In this document: positions 36,000 to 46,891 of the stretch, in pieces
Layout of the letters: each line of letters begins with the position of its first letter
Numbering within the stretch: the first letter of the stretch is position 1
DNA from: Escherichia coli O157:H7
GTDB taxonomy: Bacteria; Pseudomonadota; Gammaproteobacteria; Enterobacterales; Enterobacteriaceae
Length of the DNA: 64,000 nucleotides
Strand: one strand, 5' to 3'
Assembly (NCBI RefSeq): GCF_013167455.1
Contig: NZ_CP038328.1
Made by a program: the position numbers and the translations under genes
Notes under the pieces: generated by a model
The model's database searches: none
The model's input: only the letters and a program-made list of their open reading frames with translations
What the model was told of the DNA's origin: nothing

Positions 36000-37337
36000 A
36001 TGTCTTCGGATGCTGATGCTCACAAAGTGGGCTTAATCCCCGTCACCCTGATGGTGTCGGGGAATATTATGGGGTCAGGTGTTTTTCTGTTACCTGCAAA
36101 CCTGGCCTCCACCGGCGGGATTGCCATTTATGGATGGTTGGTGACGATTATCGGTGCGCTGGGGCTCTCGATGGTATACGCCAAAATGTCGTTCCTCGAC
36201 CCAAGTCCTGGTGGTTCTTACGCTTACGCCCGCCGCTGCTTTGGCCCGTTTCTCGGTTATCAAACCAACGTCCTCTACTGGCTGGCCTGCTGGATCGGCA
36301 ATATCGCCATGGTGGTCATTGGCGTAGGATATTTAAGTTACTTCTTCCCGATTCTGAAAGATCCATTGGTATTAACCATCACCTGCGTCGTGGTGCTGTG
36401 GATCTTCGTCCTGCTGAACATTGTCGGTCCGAAAATGATCACCCGTGTGCAGGCCGTTGCCACCGTGCTGGCGCTGATCCCCATCGTCGGGATTGCCGTA
36501 TTTGGCTGGTTCTGGTTTCGTGGTGAAACCTATATGGCGGCATGGAACGTCAGCGGCCTGGGCACCTTCGGTGCAATTCAAAGTACCCTTAACGTTACGC
36601 TGTGGTCGTTCATCGGTGTGGAAAGTGCCTCCGTTGCCGCAGGTGTGGTGAAAAACCCGAAACGCAACGTCCCTATAGCCACCATTGGTGGGGTATTGAT
36701 TGCCGCCGTTTGCTATGTGCTCTCCACCACCGCGATTATGGGGATGATCCCTAATGCCGCACTGCGCGTTTCTGCCTCGCCATTCGGTGATGCCGCACGG
36801 ATGGCGTTGGGTGACACCGCCGGGGCCATCGTTTCCTTCTGCGCAGCTGCGGGTTGCTTAGGTTCACTGGGCGGCTGGACATTGCTGGCGGGTCAAACGG
36901 CGAAAGCGGCTGCCGATGACGGACTGTTCCCACCGATTTTTGCCCGTGTAAATAAAGCGGGTACGCCAGTGGCGGGGCTGATTATCGTCGGTATTTTGAT
37001 GACCATCTTCCAGCTCAGCAGCATTTCACCAAACGCGACCAAAGAATTCGGTCTGGTTTCTTCCGTGTCGGTCATCTTTACACTGGTGCCATATCTTTAC
37101 ACCTGTGCGGCGTTACTGCTGCTCGGACACGGTCACTTTGGTAAAGCACGCCCGGCATATCTGGCGGTTACTACCATTGCCTTCCTCTACTGCATCTGGG
37201 CCGTGGTGGGGTCCGGGGCGAAAGAGGTTATGTGGTCATTTGTCACCCTGATGGTCATCACCGCCATGTATGCGCTGAATTACAACCGGCTGCATAAAAA
37301 CCCGTATCCCTTAGATGCACCAATAAGCAAAGATTAA
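36000..37337 (+). CDS. adiC: Arginine:agmatine antiporter AdiC, 445 aa
   Basis: [52 protein letters not shown]...; APC superfamily, paralogous to CadB. Confidence 0.97.
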
Positions 37338-37361
37338 TTCCCCTTAATCCAGCAAAGATAA

Positions 37362-37396
37362 AAGCCAACCTTAAGAACTTAAGGTTGGCTTAATTT
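37362..37396 (+). terminator. Perfect 14-bp-arm palindrome plus T-run after adiC; terminator
   Basis: aagccaaccttaag-aa-cttaaggttggctt followed by aattttgcttt. Confidence 0.7.
37378..37394 (+). promoter_or_regulatory. PmrA(BasR)-box-like direct repeat upstream of eptA
   Basis: CTTAAG-gttgg-CTTAAT (YTTAAK-N5-YTTAAK) ~50 nt upstream of eptA ATG; overlaps the adiC terminator palindrome. Confidence 0.55.
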
Positions 37397-37440
37397 TGCT
37401 TTGCGAGCATATGCGCACTTTGTTCGATGGAAACACCGTG

Positions 37441-39084
37441 ATGTTGAAGCGCCTACTAAAAAGACCCTCTTTGAATTTACTCGCCTGGCTATTGTTGGCC
37501 GCTTTTTATATCTCTATCTGCCTGAATATTGCCTTTTTTAAACAGGTGTTGCAGGCGCTGCCGCTGGACTCGCTGCATAACGTACTGGTTTTCTTGTCGA
37601 TGCCGGTCGTAGCCTTCAGCGTGATTAATATTGTCCTGACACTAAGCTCTTTCTTATGGCTTAATCGACCGCTGGCCTGCCTGTTTATTCTGGTTGGCGC
37701 GGCTGCACAATATTTCATAATGACTTACGGCATCGTCATCGACCGCTCGATGATTGCCAATATTATTGATACCACTCCGGCAGAAAGCTATGCGCTGATG
37801 ACACCGCAAATGTTATTAACGCTGGGATTCAGCGGCGTGCTTGCTGCGCTGATTGCCTGCTGGATTAAAATCAAACCTGCCACCTCGCGTCTGCGCAGTG
37901 TTCTTTTCCGTGGAGCCAATATTCTGGTTTCTGTACTGCTGATTTTGCTGGTCGCCGCACTATTTTATAAAGACTACGCCTCGTTGTTCCGCAACAACAA
38001 AGAGCTGGTGAAGTCCTTAAGCCCCTCTAACAGCATTGTTGCCAGCTGGTCATGGTACTCCCATCAGCGACTGGCAAATCTGCCGCTGGTGCGAATTGGT
38101 GAAGACGCGCACCGCAACCCATTAATGCAGAACGAAAAACGTAAAAATTTGACCATCCTGATTGTCGGCGAAACCTCGCGGGCGGAGAACTTCTCCCTCA
38201 ACGGCTACCCGCGTGAAACTAACCCGCGGTTGGCGAAAGATAACGTGGTCTATTTCCCTAATACCGCATCTTGCGGCACGGCAACGGCAGTTTCAGTACC
38301 GTGCATGTTCTCGGATATGCCGCGAGAGCACTACAAAGAAGAGCTGGCACAGCACCAGGAAGGCGTGCTGGATATCATTCAGCGAGCGGGCATCAACGTG
38401 CTGTGGAATGACAACGATGGCGGCTGTAAAGGTGCCTGCGACCGCGTGCCTCACCAGAACGTCACCGCGCTGAATCTGCCTGATCAGTGCATCAACGGCG
38501 AATGCTATGACGAAGTGCTGTTCCACGGGCTGGAAGAGTACATCAATAACCTGCAGGGTGATGGCGTGATTGTCTTACACACCATCGGCAGCCACGGTCC
38601 GACCTATTACAACCGCTATCCGCCGCAGTTCAGGAAATTTACCCCAACCTGCGACACCAATGAGATCCAGACCTGTACCAAAGAGCAACTGGTGAACACT
38701 TACGACAACACGCTGGTTTACGTCGACTATATTGTTGATAAAGCGATTAATCTGCTGAAAGAACATCAGGATAAATTTACCACCAGCCTGGTTTATCTTT
38801 CTGACCACGGTGAATCGTTAGGTGAAAATGGCATCTATCTGCACGGTCTGCCTTATGCCATCGCCCCGGATAGCCAAAAACAGGTGCCGATGCTGCTGTG
38901 GCTGTCGGAGGATTATCAAAAACGGTATCAGGTTGACCAGAACTGCCTGCAAAAACAGGCGCAAACGCAACACTATTCACAAGACAATTTATTCTCCACG
39001 CTATTGGGATTAACTGGCGTTGAGACGAAGTATTACCAGGCTGCGGATGATATTCTGCAAACTTGCAGGAGAGTGAGTGAATGA
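37441..39084 (+). CDS. eptA: Lipid A phosphoethanolamine transferase EptA (PmrC), 547 aa
   Basis: [45 protein letters not shown]...; N-terminal TM region plus sulfatase-like domain. Confidence 0.95.
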   Translation: MLKRLLKRPSLNLLAWLLLAAFYISICLNIAFFKQVLQALPLDSLHNVLVFLSMPVVAFSVINIVLTLSSFLWLNRPLACLFILVGAAAQYFIMTYGIVIDRSMIANIIDTTPAESYALMTPQMLLTLGFSGVLAALIACWIKIKPATSRLRSVLFRGANILVSVLLILLVAALFYKDYASLFRNNKELVKSLSPSNSIVASWSWYSHQRLANLPLVRIGEDAHRNPLMQNEKRKNLTILIVGETSRAENFSLNGYPRETNPRLAKDNVVYFPNTASCGTATAVSVPCMFSDMPREHYKEELAQHQEGVLDIIQRAGINVLWNDNDGGCKGACDRVPHQNVTALNLPDQCINGECYDEVLFHGLEEYINNLQGDGVIVLHTIGSHGPTYYNRYPPQFRKFTPTCDTNEIQTCTKEQLVNTYDNTLVYVDYIVDKAINLLKEHQDKFTTSLVYLSDHGESLGENGIYLHGLPYAIAPDSQKQVPMLLWLSEDYQKRYQVDQNCLQKQAQTQHYSQDNLFSTLLGLTGVETKYYQAADDILQTCRRVSE

Positions 39085-39749
39085 AAATTCTGATTGTTGA
39101 AGACGATACGCTGTTATTGCAGGGACTGATTCTGGCGGCGCAAACCGAAGGCTACGCGTGCGATGGCGTGACAACCGCGCGGATGGCGGAACAAAGCCTT
39201 GAGGCAGGTCATTACAGCCTGGTGGTACTGGATTTAGGGTTACCCGACGAAGATGGACTGCATTTTCTCGCCCGTATCCGGCAGAAAAAATATACCCTGC
39301 CGGTACTGATCCTCACCGCTCGCGATACGCTGACCGACAAAATCGCCGGGCTGGATGTCGGTGCCGACGACTATCTGGTGAAGCCTTTTGCGCTGGAAGA
39401 GTTACATGCCCGTATCCGCGCCCTGCTACGACGCCATAATAATCAGGGCGAAAGTGAGCTGATTGTTGGCAATCTGACGCTGAACATGGGTCGCCGTCAG
39501 GTATGGATGGGCGGTGAAGAGTTGATTCTGACGCCCAAAGAATATGCTCTGCTGTCACGGTTAATGCTCAAAGCAGGCAGTCCGGTGCATCGGGAAATTC
39601 TCTACAACGACATCTATAACTGGGACAATGAACCCTCGACCAACACCCTGGAAGTGCATATCCACAATCTGCGCGACAAAGTGGGCAAAGCCCGTATCCG
39701 CACCGTGCGCGGCTTTGGCTATATGCTTGTCGCGAATGAGGAAAACTAA
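39081..39749 (+). CDS. basR: Response regulator BasR (PmrA), OmpR family, 222 aa
   Basis: [59 protein letters not shown]...; overlaps eptA stop by 4 nt. Confidence 0.97.
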   Translation: MKILIVEDDTLLLQGLILAAQTEGYACDGVTTARMAEQSLEAGHYSLVVLDLGLPDEDGLHFLARIRQKKYTLPVLILTARDTLTDKIAGLDVGADDYLVKPFALEELHARIRALLRRHNNQGESELIVGNLTLNMGRRQVWMGGEELILTPKEYALLSRLMLKAGSPVHREILYNDIYNWDNEPSTNTLEVHIHNLRDKVGKARIRTVRGFGYMLVANEEN

Positions 39750-39758
39750 TTGAATCTG

Positions 39759-40850
39759 ATGCGTTTTCTGCGCCGACCAATATCGCTGCGCCAACGGCTG
39801 ATATTGACCATCGGGGCCATTTTGTTGGTGTTTGAGCTGATCAGCGTCTTCTGGCTATGGCATGAAAGTACCGAGCAGATTCAGCTGTTTGAGCAGGCGC
39901 TACGCGACAATCGCAACAACGATCGCCACATCATGCGTGAGATCCGCGAGGCGGTCGCCAGCCTGATTGTCCCCGGCGTCTTTATGGTCAGCCTGACGCT
40001 ATTTATCTGCTATCAGGCGGTACGCCGCATCACCCGCCCGCTGGCGGAGCTGCAAAAAGAGCTGGAAGCGCGCACCGCCGACAACTTAACGCCCATTGCC
40101 ATTCACAGCGCCACCCTCGAAATCGAAGCGGTGGTTTCGGCGTTGAACGATCTGGTCAGTCGCCTGACCAGCACGCTGGATAACGAAAGGTTATTTACCG
40201 CTGACGTCGCGCACGAACTGCGAACGCCACTGGCGGGGGTGCGTTTGCATCTGGAACTGCTGGCGAAAACGCATCACATTGATGTAGCACCGTTAGTGGC
40301 ACGGCTTGATCAGATGATGGAGAGCGTCTCCCAGCTGCTGCAACTGGCGCGTGCCGGACAGTCATTTTCTTCCGGTAATTATCAACATGTAAAACTGCTG
40401 GAAGATGTCATTCTCCCCTCGTATGACGAACTCAGTACCATGCTCGACCAGCGACAGCAAACCCTGCTATTGCCAGAGAGCGCCGCCGACATCACCGTTC
40501 AGGGTGATGCAACCCTGCTGCGGATGTTATTGCGAAACCTGGTAGAAAACGCCCATCGTTACAGCCCGCAAGGCAGCAACATTATGATTAAGCTGCAAGA
40601 AGATGGCGGAGCGGTCATGGCCGTTGAAGATGAAGGACCGGGTATTGATGAGAGTAAATGCGGGGAGTTGAGTAAAGCGTTTGTACGTATGGACAGCCGT
40701 TATGGCGGGATTGGTCTGGGGTTAAGTATTGTCAGCCGCATTACACAGTTGCATCACGGGCAGTTTTTCCTGCAAAACCGGCAAGAGACTTCCGGCACGC
40801 GGGCCTGGGTACGGCTGAAGAAAGATCAGAACGTGGCAAACCAGATATAA
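39759..40850 (+). CDS. basS: Sensor histidine kinase BasS (PmrB), 363 aa
   Basis: MRFLRRPISLRQRLILTIGAILLVFELISVFWLWHESTEQIQLF...; H-box AHELRTPL; ORF-track TTG start 39750 replaced by ATG 3 codons in. Confidence 0.93.
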   Translation: MRFLRRPISLRQRLILTIGAILLVFELISVFWLWHESTEQIQLFEQALRDNRNNDRHIMREIREAVASLIVPGVFMVSLTLFICYQAVRRITRPLAELQKELEARTADNLTPIAIHSATLEIEAVVSALNDLVSRLTSTLDNERLFTADVAHELRTPLAGVRLHLELLAKTHHIDVAPLVARLDQMMESVSQLLQLARAGQSFSSGNYQHVKLLEDVILPSYDELSTMLDQRQQTLLLPESAADITVQGDATLLRMLLRNLVENAHRYSPQGSNIMIKLQEDGGAVMAVEDEGPGIDESKCGELSKAFVRMDSRYGGIGLGLSIVSRITQLHHGQFFLQNRQETSGTRAWVRLKKDQNVANQI

Positions 40851-40915
40851 AGAAAGCTGCTGACCACCAGCACGCTGAACACGGTAGTTAAACTTTCATA
40901 AACACGGTTTTTCAT
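40826..40915 (-). CDS. pmrR: Small membrane peptide PmrR, 29 aa, overlapping the 3' end of basS on the opposite strand
   Basis: Not in ORF track. Reverse-strand translation MKNRVYESLTTVFSVLVVSSFLYIWFATF; PmrA-box-like repeat lies upstream. Confidence 0.75.
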   Translation of the reverse strand: MKNRVYESLTTVFSVLVVSSFLYIWFATF

Positions 40916-40959
40916 TGCACTCTCCTCCGTTAACCTGGAGGAGAGTATGCGCGTCAGAG

Positions 40960-40976
40960 ATTAAGTGAACCTTAAG
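40960..40976 (-). promoter_or_regulatory. PmrA(BasR)-box-like direct repeat upstream of pmrR
   Basis: On minus strand CTTAAG-gttca-CTTAAT, ~45 nt upstream of pmrR ATG. Confidence 0.5.
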
Positions 40977-40985
40977 AGTTCAATT

Positions 40986-41014
40986 GGCCTGATAAGACAG
41001 CGTTACATCAGGCC
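40986..41014. repeat. REP-like palindrome downstream of proP (probable proP terminator)
   Basis: ggcctgataagacagcgttacatcaggcc hairpin just 3' of proP stop. Confidence 0.5.
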
Positions 41015-41026
41015 ATCCGTTTCAGC

Positions 41027-42529
41027 TTATTCATCAATTCGCGGATGTTGCTGCACCAGGCGGGTACGTTTCGCCTGCAAATCGGCAATCTCGTGGTCAA
41101 TATCATCGATTTTCTGCTCGATATTATCGTAATGCTCGACGAGAATTTCCTTCGCTTCCTGTATATCTGACGCCGCCGGTGTTGCACCTTTCAACGGACG
41201 ATTTGCCGTCTCTTTCATGGTTACGCCGGTGATTAAACCAACCACCGCCACTACCATCAGGTAATAGGCTGGCATCATCAGATTCTGCGAGCTTTCGACC
41301 AGCCAGGCCGCCAGTGTTGGCGTCAGACCGGCAACCAGCACCGAAATATTAAATGCCGCCGCCAGCGCGCTGTAACGGATATGCGTCGGGAACATCGCTG
41401 GCAAGGTAGAAGCCATAACGCCCGTAAAGCAGTTAAGGATCACCGCCAGCATCAGTAACCCGGCAAAAATCAGGCCGATGACGTTACTGTTAATCAGAAT
41501 AAACGCCGGGATCGCCAACACAAACAGTGCAACACTACCAAGTAGCACAAACGGACGACGGCCAAAACGGTCACTCAGCAAGCCCATCACCGGCTGGACA
41601 AACAGCATACCGATCATAATGGCGATAATAATCAGCACCCCGTGGTCTTCGGAGTAATGCAGGTTATGCGACAAATAACTCGGCATATAGGTCAGCAACA
41701 TGTAGTAAGTCACGTTGGTGGCAATTACCAGACCAATACATGTCAACAGGCTGCGCCAGTATTTAGTGGCAATCTCTTTAAACGAGACTTTCGGGCCATC
41801 CTGCAAACCTTCGCGGTCGCCCTGTTCCAGTTTATCAACATGCTGCTGGAACGCCGGAGTTTCTTCCAGCGCATGGCGCAGGTAAAGCCCGATAATCCCT
41901 AACGGCAGAGCAATAAAGAACGGAATACGCCAGCCCCAGTCGAGGAAGTTCGCTTCGCCGACAATGGTCGAAATTAACACCACCACGCCCGCACCCAGCA
42001 CAAACCCGGCAATAGAACCGAAGTCCAGCCAGCTGCCCATAAAGCCACGTTTACGGTCAGGGGAGTATTCCGCAACAAATATCGACGCCCCGGTATATTC
42101 ACCGCCGACCGAGAAACCTTGTGCCATCTTACAGATCAACAGCAGAATCGGTGCCCAAATACCAATCGTGTCGTAGGACGGTATTAAGCCAATACAGAAC
42201 GTACTGATCGACATAATCACAATAGTGATAGCGAGGATCTTCTGGCGACCATATTTATCGCCCAACATACCAAAGAAGAGTCCGCCAAGCGGTCGAATCA
42301 GAAAGGGAACGGAGAAAGTGGCAAGTGCAGCAACCATCTGCACGCTGGGGTCAGCCCCCGGGAAAAAAACTTTACCTAATGCGTAAGCAACAAAACCATA
42401 AACACCAAAATCAAACCATTCCATTGCATTACCCAGTGATGCTGCGGTAATGGCTTTACGCAGTTTACCGTCATCAATAATGGTGACATCACGAAGGGTA
42501 ATCGGTTTTACTTTTTTCCTTTTCAGCAT
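41027..42529 (-). CDS. proP: Osmoregulated proline/glycine-betaine:H+ symporter ProP (MFS), 500 aa
   Basis: MLKRKKVKPITLRDVTIIDDGKLRKAITAASLGNAMEWFDFGVYGFVAYALGK...; C-terminal coiled coil (DIDHEIADLQAKRTRLVQQ). Confidence 0.97.
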   Translation of the reverse strand: MLKRKKVKPITLRDVTIIDDGKLRKAITAASLGNAMEWFDFGVYGFVAYALGKVFFPGADPSVQMVAALATFSVPFLIRPLGGLFFGMLGDKYGRQKILAITIVIMSISTFCIGLIPSYDTIGIWAPILLLICKMAQGFSVGGEYTGASIFVAEYSPDRKRGFMGSWLDFGSIAGFVLGAGVVVLISTIVGEANFLDWGWRIPFFIALPLGIIGLYLRHALEETPAFQQHVDKLEQGDREGLQDGPKVSFKEIATKYWRSLLTCIGLVIATNVTYYMLLTYMPSYLSHNLHYSEDHGVLIIIAIMIGMLFVQPVMGLLSDRFGRRPFVLLGSVALFVLAIPAFILINSNVIGLIFAGLLMLAVILNCFTGVMASTLPAMFPTHIRYSALAAAFNISVLVAGLTPTLAAWLVESSQNLMMPAYYLMVVAVVGLITGVTMKETANRPLKGATPAASDIQEAKEILVEHYDNIEQKIDDIDHEIADLQAKRTRLVQQHPRIDE

Positions 42530-42737
42530 AGCTTTCCTCGCAGAGTTGGCCCATTTCCGCAAACGCCAGAAAAATCAGCGCGACGGCCGCAAAAGGGGAG
42601 CGGGAATTGCAGGATGCAATCTCTGTAACAAGCGTAGCGGGTTTGCTTACACCCTCCGGTTAAGGAATGTACAATCAAACCAGTTGACGCCTGAATTGGG
42701 CAGTTAATGACCTTTTTACCCTACCAGCGTTTAAATT

Positions 42738-42753
42738 TGTGATCAACTTCACA
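42738..42753. promoter_or_regulatory. CRP-consensus site in the proP promoter region
   Basis: TGTGAtcaactTCACA, perfect half-sites with 6-nt spacer, ~210 nt upstream of proP ATG. Confidence 0.55.
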
Positions 42754-42792
42754 CATGGATTTCGTTTAGGACTCATTGATGTAACTGATTAT

Positions 42793-43671
42793 TTACACCA
42801 AATTTACAGAGAAGATTTCCTCGAGCATTGCCCCCGCCAGACGCTGCGCTGAACAGAGTCGTGGCATCCCCAGCGCGACAGTTTGCCAGCGTTGGGTCAC
42901 TGACCAGCAAACGGGTTGTTTATCTGCCGTGGTCCACTTTCCCAGCCAACTTAAAAAATCAGCATGATCCCCGCCCGTCGGAACGGTCGAAGAGGCAAAC
43001 CACTGATGGTAATAGTGACGCGTGGTCGGGGCCGCATTGATACTCTCTGCCAGATGTTGTGTCGCTTTCACGCGCAAATCACCCAGCAACAACGCCACCG
43101 CTTGCGGGCTTCCCAGACGACAGGCATCGCCAAATGCCCCCCAACGCAACTCTTCGAGAACGATAAAACAGCGCCCAGGCAACGACCAGGCGTTATACGC
43201 CCCAGCACGCCAGCGGGTAAAAATTTGCTCGCTCTGTTCACCCGCCTGCACCAGTAGGCCTCGTTGCGTTAACGCCTTTTCCTTCCAGCGACAACGGGCT
43301 GAAAACCACTCATACAAGGCGGCAATTTGCTGGGGGAGCTCCGGGAAAGCAGAGTGCTGGCGGTGATCCATTTTTTGCAGCAGCGCCAGATGCTGCGCGA
43401 TCTGCGTCAGTGCCAGATGACCGGGATCCAGCATCGACGCCAGTTTTTCCACCAATGTCAGACGCAGACTAAGCGGCGCATTTAACATCCCGCCGTTCGT
43501 CCATGTCTGAAGCTGCACGCGCGCAAGAAGTTCCTGCATCAGTCGTTCACGAAACTGCTGCTGATGGGCTTGTGGAAGGCGGGCATCATCGCCCTGCGCC
43601 AGATCCACTAAAAAGCGGGGATAAACCGACTCCAGCACGCGACCGGGGCCGTCCAGTAACGTCTTGGTCAA
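42793..43671 (-). CDS. yjcZ: Uncharacterised protein YjcZ, 292 aa
   Basis: MTKTLLDGPGRVLESVYPRFLVDLAQGDDARLPQAHQQQFRERLMQELLARVQL...; start overlaps crfC stop by 4 nt. Confidence 0.9.
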   Translation of the reverse strand: MTKTLLDGPGRVLESVYPRFLVDLAQGDDARLPQAHQQQFRERLMQELLARVQLQTWTNGGMLNAPLSLRLTLVEKLASMLDPGHLALTQIAQHLALLQKMDHRQHSAFPELPQQIAALYEWFSARCRWKEKALTQRGLLVQAGEQSEQIFTRWRAGAYNAWSLPGRCFIVLEELRWGAFGDACRLGSPQAVALLLGDLRVKATQHLAESINAAPTTRHYYHQWFASSTVPTGGDHADFLSWLGKWTTADKQPVCWSVTQRWQTVALGMPRLCSAQRLAGAMLEEIFSVNLV

Positions 43672-45896
43672 TATCGTTCTGCCGTGAAAAGTGTTTGAAT
43701 ATCATCGCGTAACAGCTGAGCGTCGGTGTAAATCCAGCCGTGAGTCATCACAGTCTGCTGCAATTGCTGTTGCATCAGCCTGACCACCGATTCATTTTGT
43801 TGACGCAGAGCCAGACTTTCGCGTAAACGCGTCTGTAATTCCGTCAAACATGAAGCGAACTCAGCGAAAAAAGTATTCATGCCTGCCGTAACAGATTCAT
43901 CGACCTGCTCTGCCAGAACTTTAGCCATTTGTTGGCAATAAAGATCGACTTCTGCGCTTAATGCTCGTTGCAACACACTGTAATCAACCGTTTCTGTCGG
44001 GGATTTCTCATTTCCCCGTCCCCAGTCAGGCTGATTCAACCAGCGCGAAAAAGTCTCACGCACAACGCCTAATCGCGTGCTCTGCTCGTCCGTTGCTTCC
44101 TGGCGCGAAATGACTTCACTGAACAGCTGGCGAGTGTTGAAGTGGGGAACTACGCCGTGAAAAACAGGAAAATGAAACCCAGGACGAAACCCTGACTCGC
44201 TCAATTCCATTTTGACTTGTTGCTCAATGGGGCGAATAACATCGGTTAACACCCGGCAAAGGGTGGATTCAAGCTCGGCAAAACGCAGCGTAAAGTCGCG
44301 ACTGATGGTGTTCTGCGCCGTCTGTAACAGTGTCTCACAGCGGGTACGAATCTCGCTTAACGGCTCCGAATCATCCTGAAACAAGGCGGCTAACTGCACC
44401 TTCAGCGCATCTTGCTGTTGACGCAGAAAGTGGTTGGCGGAGGTCAGGGCCAGCTCGATTTCATGTTTAATCTCGCCGCTCACCTGCGCCTGATTGAGTT
44501 GCAATAGCTGCAAACTTTCTTCGATCTGGTGGATATTTTGCCGCAATTGTTCACAAGCGACGTTTAACCCGTGCGCACGAAAATCCAGGTATTCCCGCGC
44601 CTGCTGCGCGTAATTCAACAGTTTATGCGCGGCAGATCGCAGAGCATACAACGAGGCGTTAGCGTAAGCGGCATGAAGCAACATCTGAATTGGCTGGGCG
44701 AACAGCGAATCTTCCCACAACTGATCGGCAGCATGACGAATATGTTCGAGGTCCGCCAGATCGGCATGACGCCAGCGCCTGCCGAGCGCGGCATGGGCAA
44801 AATCTTCCACCCAGCGTTGTTGCTCTGGCGGTGGTAACTTACCGTTGTTGGCTAACTCATGGCGCGCCCGATTTGCCAGGTAGCCCCACATCGACGACAC
44901 CGGAAATATCTGCTGTGGCGTAATACAGCCTTTCATCAGCGTCCCGGAAATCAGTGCCCGCACCTGGTCGGCGTCGTCACTGTTACGATCCTGTTGATCG
45001 AACTTATTGACCAGCACATACAGTGGCACCGATTGCCCCACCGCCAAAATCGCCTCACGGACCTCTTCATCGGAGATCGATTTCAGTTGCGTATAATCCA
45101 GCACCGCCAGTACCGCCGAGGCGCGTGCCAGCTGCTGGTTAAGCATTTTTTGCAGATGCGGTTGCCCGGCTTCATTTGGCCCGGGGGTATCCAGTAACGT
45201 CAATTGACCGGGATAACTTTCCAGCCCCGCCAGATGGACAAACTCCACTTCAATCACGGGAATATGCTCAATGGCGGCGTAAGCAGAAAAAGGAAAATCG
45301 ACGTCCAGCGCCTTCGCCAGTCGCACCAAATCATTCAAACTTTTCAGACAATGAAAAATAGGCTGGGCACCCAGATAATATTTTTCGAAAGCGACGCCAT
45401 TTTCGATCCGCTGCATAAGCGCACGCATATCTTTATCTATTTCCAGCACATCGGTCAGATGCTTAATATCGCAATCACGCAGGCGCTGTTGTAATTTTTG
45501 AATTAAACAATCGATTGGCGCGACATGTGAAAAATGCAGTACCGGTTCCTTTTGGCCGGGCGTATGGCGAATAAGCGTCGGCAGCGCAGTCATTGGGCGA
45601 TTGCGATTAGGCAGTACCTCCGTACCAACAATGGCATTAATGGTGGTTGATTTCCCTGCTTTCATGGTACCGACAATCGCCAGCACCATTTCCAGTCGGG
45701 AAATTTTACGCAACTCATTATTCAGCATCGCGTGACGCTCGGCGATATTAGGCTGACTCCAGGGTAAAGCCAGTTGTGGCGCATCGTCTCCGGGTACAGA
45801 GAGAGGCATTTTTTCCAGTAACTGCAACTGTTGGCGAGAAAGCTGTAACAGCCGTTCAGCCTCCTGACTTAACTCATACAGGGTCTGTGTGTACAT
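43668..45896 (-). CDS. crfC: Dynamin-like GTPase CrfC (YjdA), 742 aa
   Basis: MYTQTLYELSQEAERLLQLSRQQLQLLEKMP...; P-loop GTMKAGKST, G2/G3 (LLDTPG), G4 (NKFD). Confidence 0.93.
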   Translation of the reverse strand: MYTQTLYELSQEAERLLQLSRQQLQLLEKMPLSVPGDDAPQLALPWSQPNIAERHAMLNNELRKISRLEMVLAIVGTMKAGKSTTINAIVGTEVLPNRNRPMTALPTLIRHTPGQKEPVLHFSHVAPIDCLIQKLQQRLRDCDIKHLTDVLEIDKDMRALMQRIENGVAFEKYYLGAQPIFHCLKSLNDLVRLAKALDVDFPFSAYAAIEHIPVIEVEFVHLAGLESYPGQLTLLDTPGPNEAGQPHLQKMLNQQLARASAVLAVLDYTQLKSISDEEVREAILAVGQSVPLYVLVNKFDQQDRNSDDADQVRALISGTLMKGCITPQQIFPVSSMWGYLANRARHELANNGKLPPPEQQRWVEDFAHAALGRRWRHADLADLEHIRHAADQLWEDSLFAQPIQMLLHAAYANASLYALRSAAHKLLNYAQQAREYLDFRAHGLNVACEQLRQNIHQIEESLQLLQLNQAQVSGEIKHEIELALTSANHFLRQQQDALKVQLAALFQDDSEPLSEIRTRCETLLQTAQNTISRDFTLRFAELESTLCRVLTDVIRPIEQQVKMELSESGFRPGFHFPVFHGVVPHFNTRQLFSEVISRQEATDEQSTRLGVVRETFSRWLNQPDWGRGNEKSPTETVDYSVLQRALSAEVDLYCQQMAKVLAEQVDESVTAGMNTFFAEFASCLTELQTRLRESLALRQQNESVVRLMQQQLQQTVMTHGWIYTDAQLLRDDIQTLFTAERY

Positions 45897-46297
45897 AGAA
45901 AATTCTTCCTTAAAGCAAATTTTATTACTTTTATTTAGCCAGATTGTTTTTGAGTTCTGTTTTCGGCTTTTATAATTACTGCAAGAAATAATTTTATATT
46001 TAGAGTGTTGTTTTTTATTAGAATAAATAACATCTTCCGATACGTTTAAAACGTCAGAAAGATAAAAATATCATGTGAATAAAAAAAAGAACAAGTAGAG
46101 CATTAACCTTATCTTAAATAATAAATGGAGGCAAAAAGATTATTTTCTTTTTGCGTTTCCTTTCAAATGAAAACGATCGTCGTCTAAAATCAGCAGTACC
46201 CCCGACAAACTCAGGGATTTTGTGTATAATTGCGGCCTTTTTCGGCAATCTGCCGTTTTTTGGCGCTTTTGCCCTGCTGACTTTTGAGGAAATCCAC

Positions 46298-46633
46298 ATG
46301 TCATTACCACACTGCCCAAAATGCAACTCCGAATACACTTACGAAGATAACGGCATGTACATCTGCCCGGAATGTGCCTACGAATGGAACGACGCAGAAC
46401 CTGCACAGGAAAGCGACGAGCTGATCGTTAAAGATGCTAACGGCAATCTGCTGGCTGACGGCGACAGCGTTACCATCATTAAAGATCTGAAGGTGAAAGG
46501 TAGCTCTTCGATGCTGAAAATTGGCACCAAAGTGAAAAACATCCGCCTGGTTGAAGGCGACCATAACATCGATTGCAAAATCGACGGTTTTGGTCCGATG
46601 AAACTGAAATCTGAGTTTGTGAAAAAGAACTGA
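46298..46633 (+). CDS. phnA: Zn-ribbon protein PhnA (YjdM), 111 aa
   Basis: [50 protein letters not shown]...; CxxC...CxxC zinc ribbon. Confidence 0.9.
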
Positions 46634-46647
46634 TTGTATTGTGATCG

Positions 46648-46828
<181 letters not shown>

Positions 46829-46891
46829 CCCTCTCATCTGTATAAATTTCGAACTACACTTAACTGGCTTCTCTTAACTGAGGTCACCATC

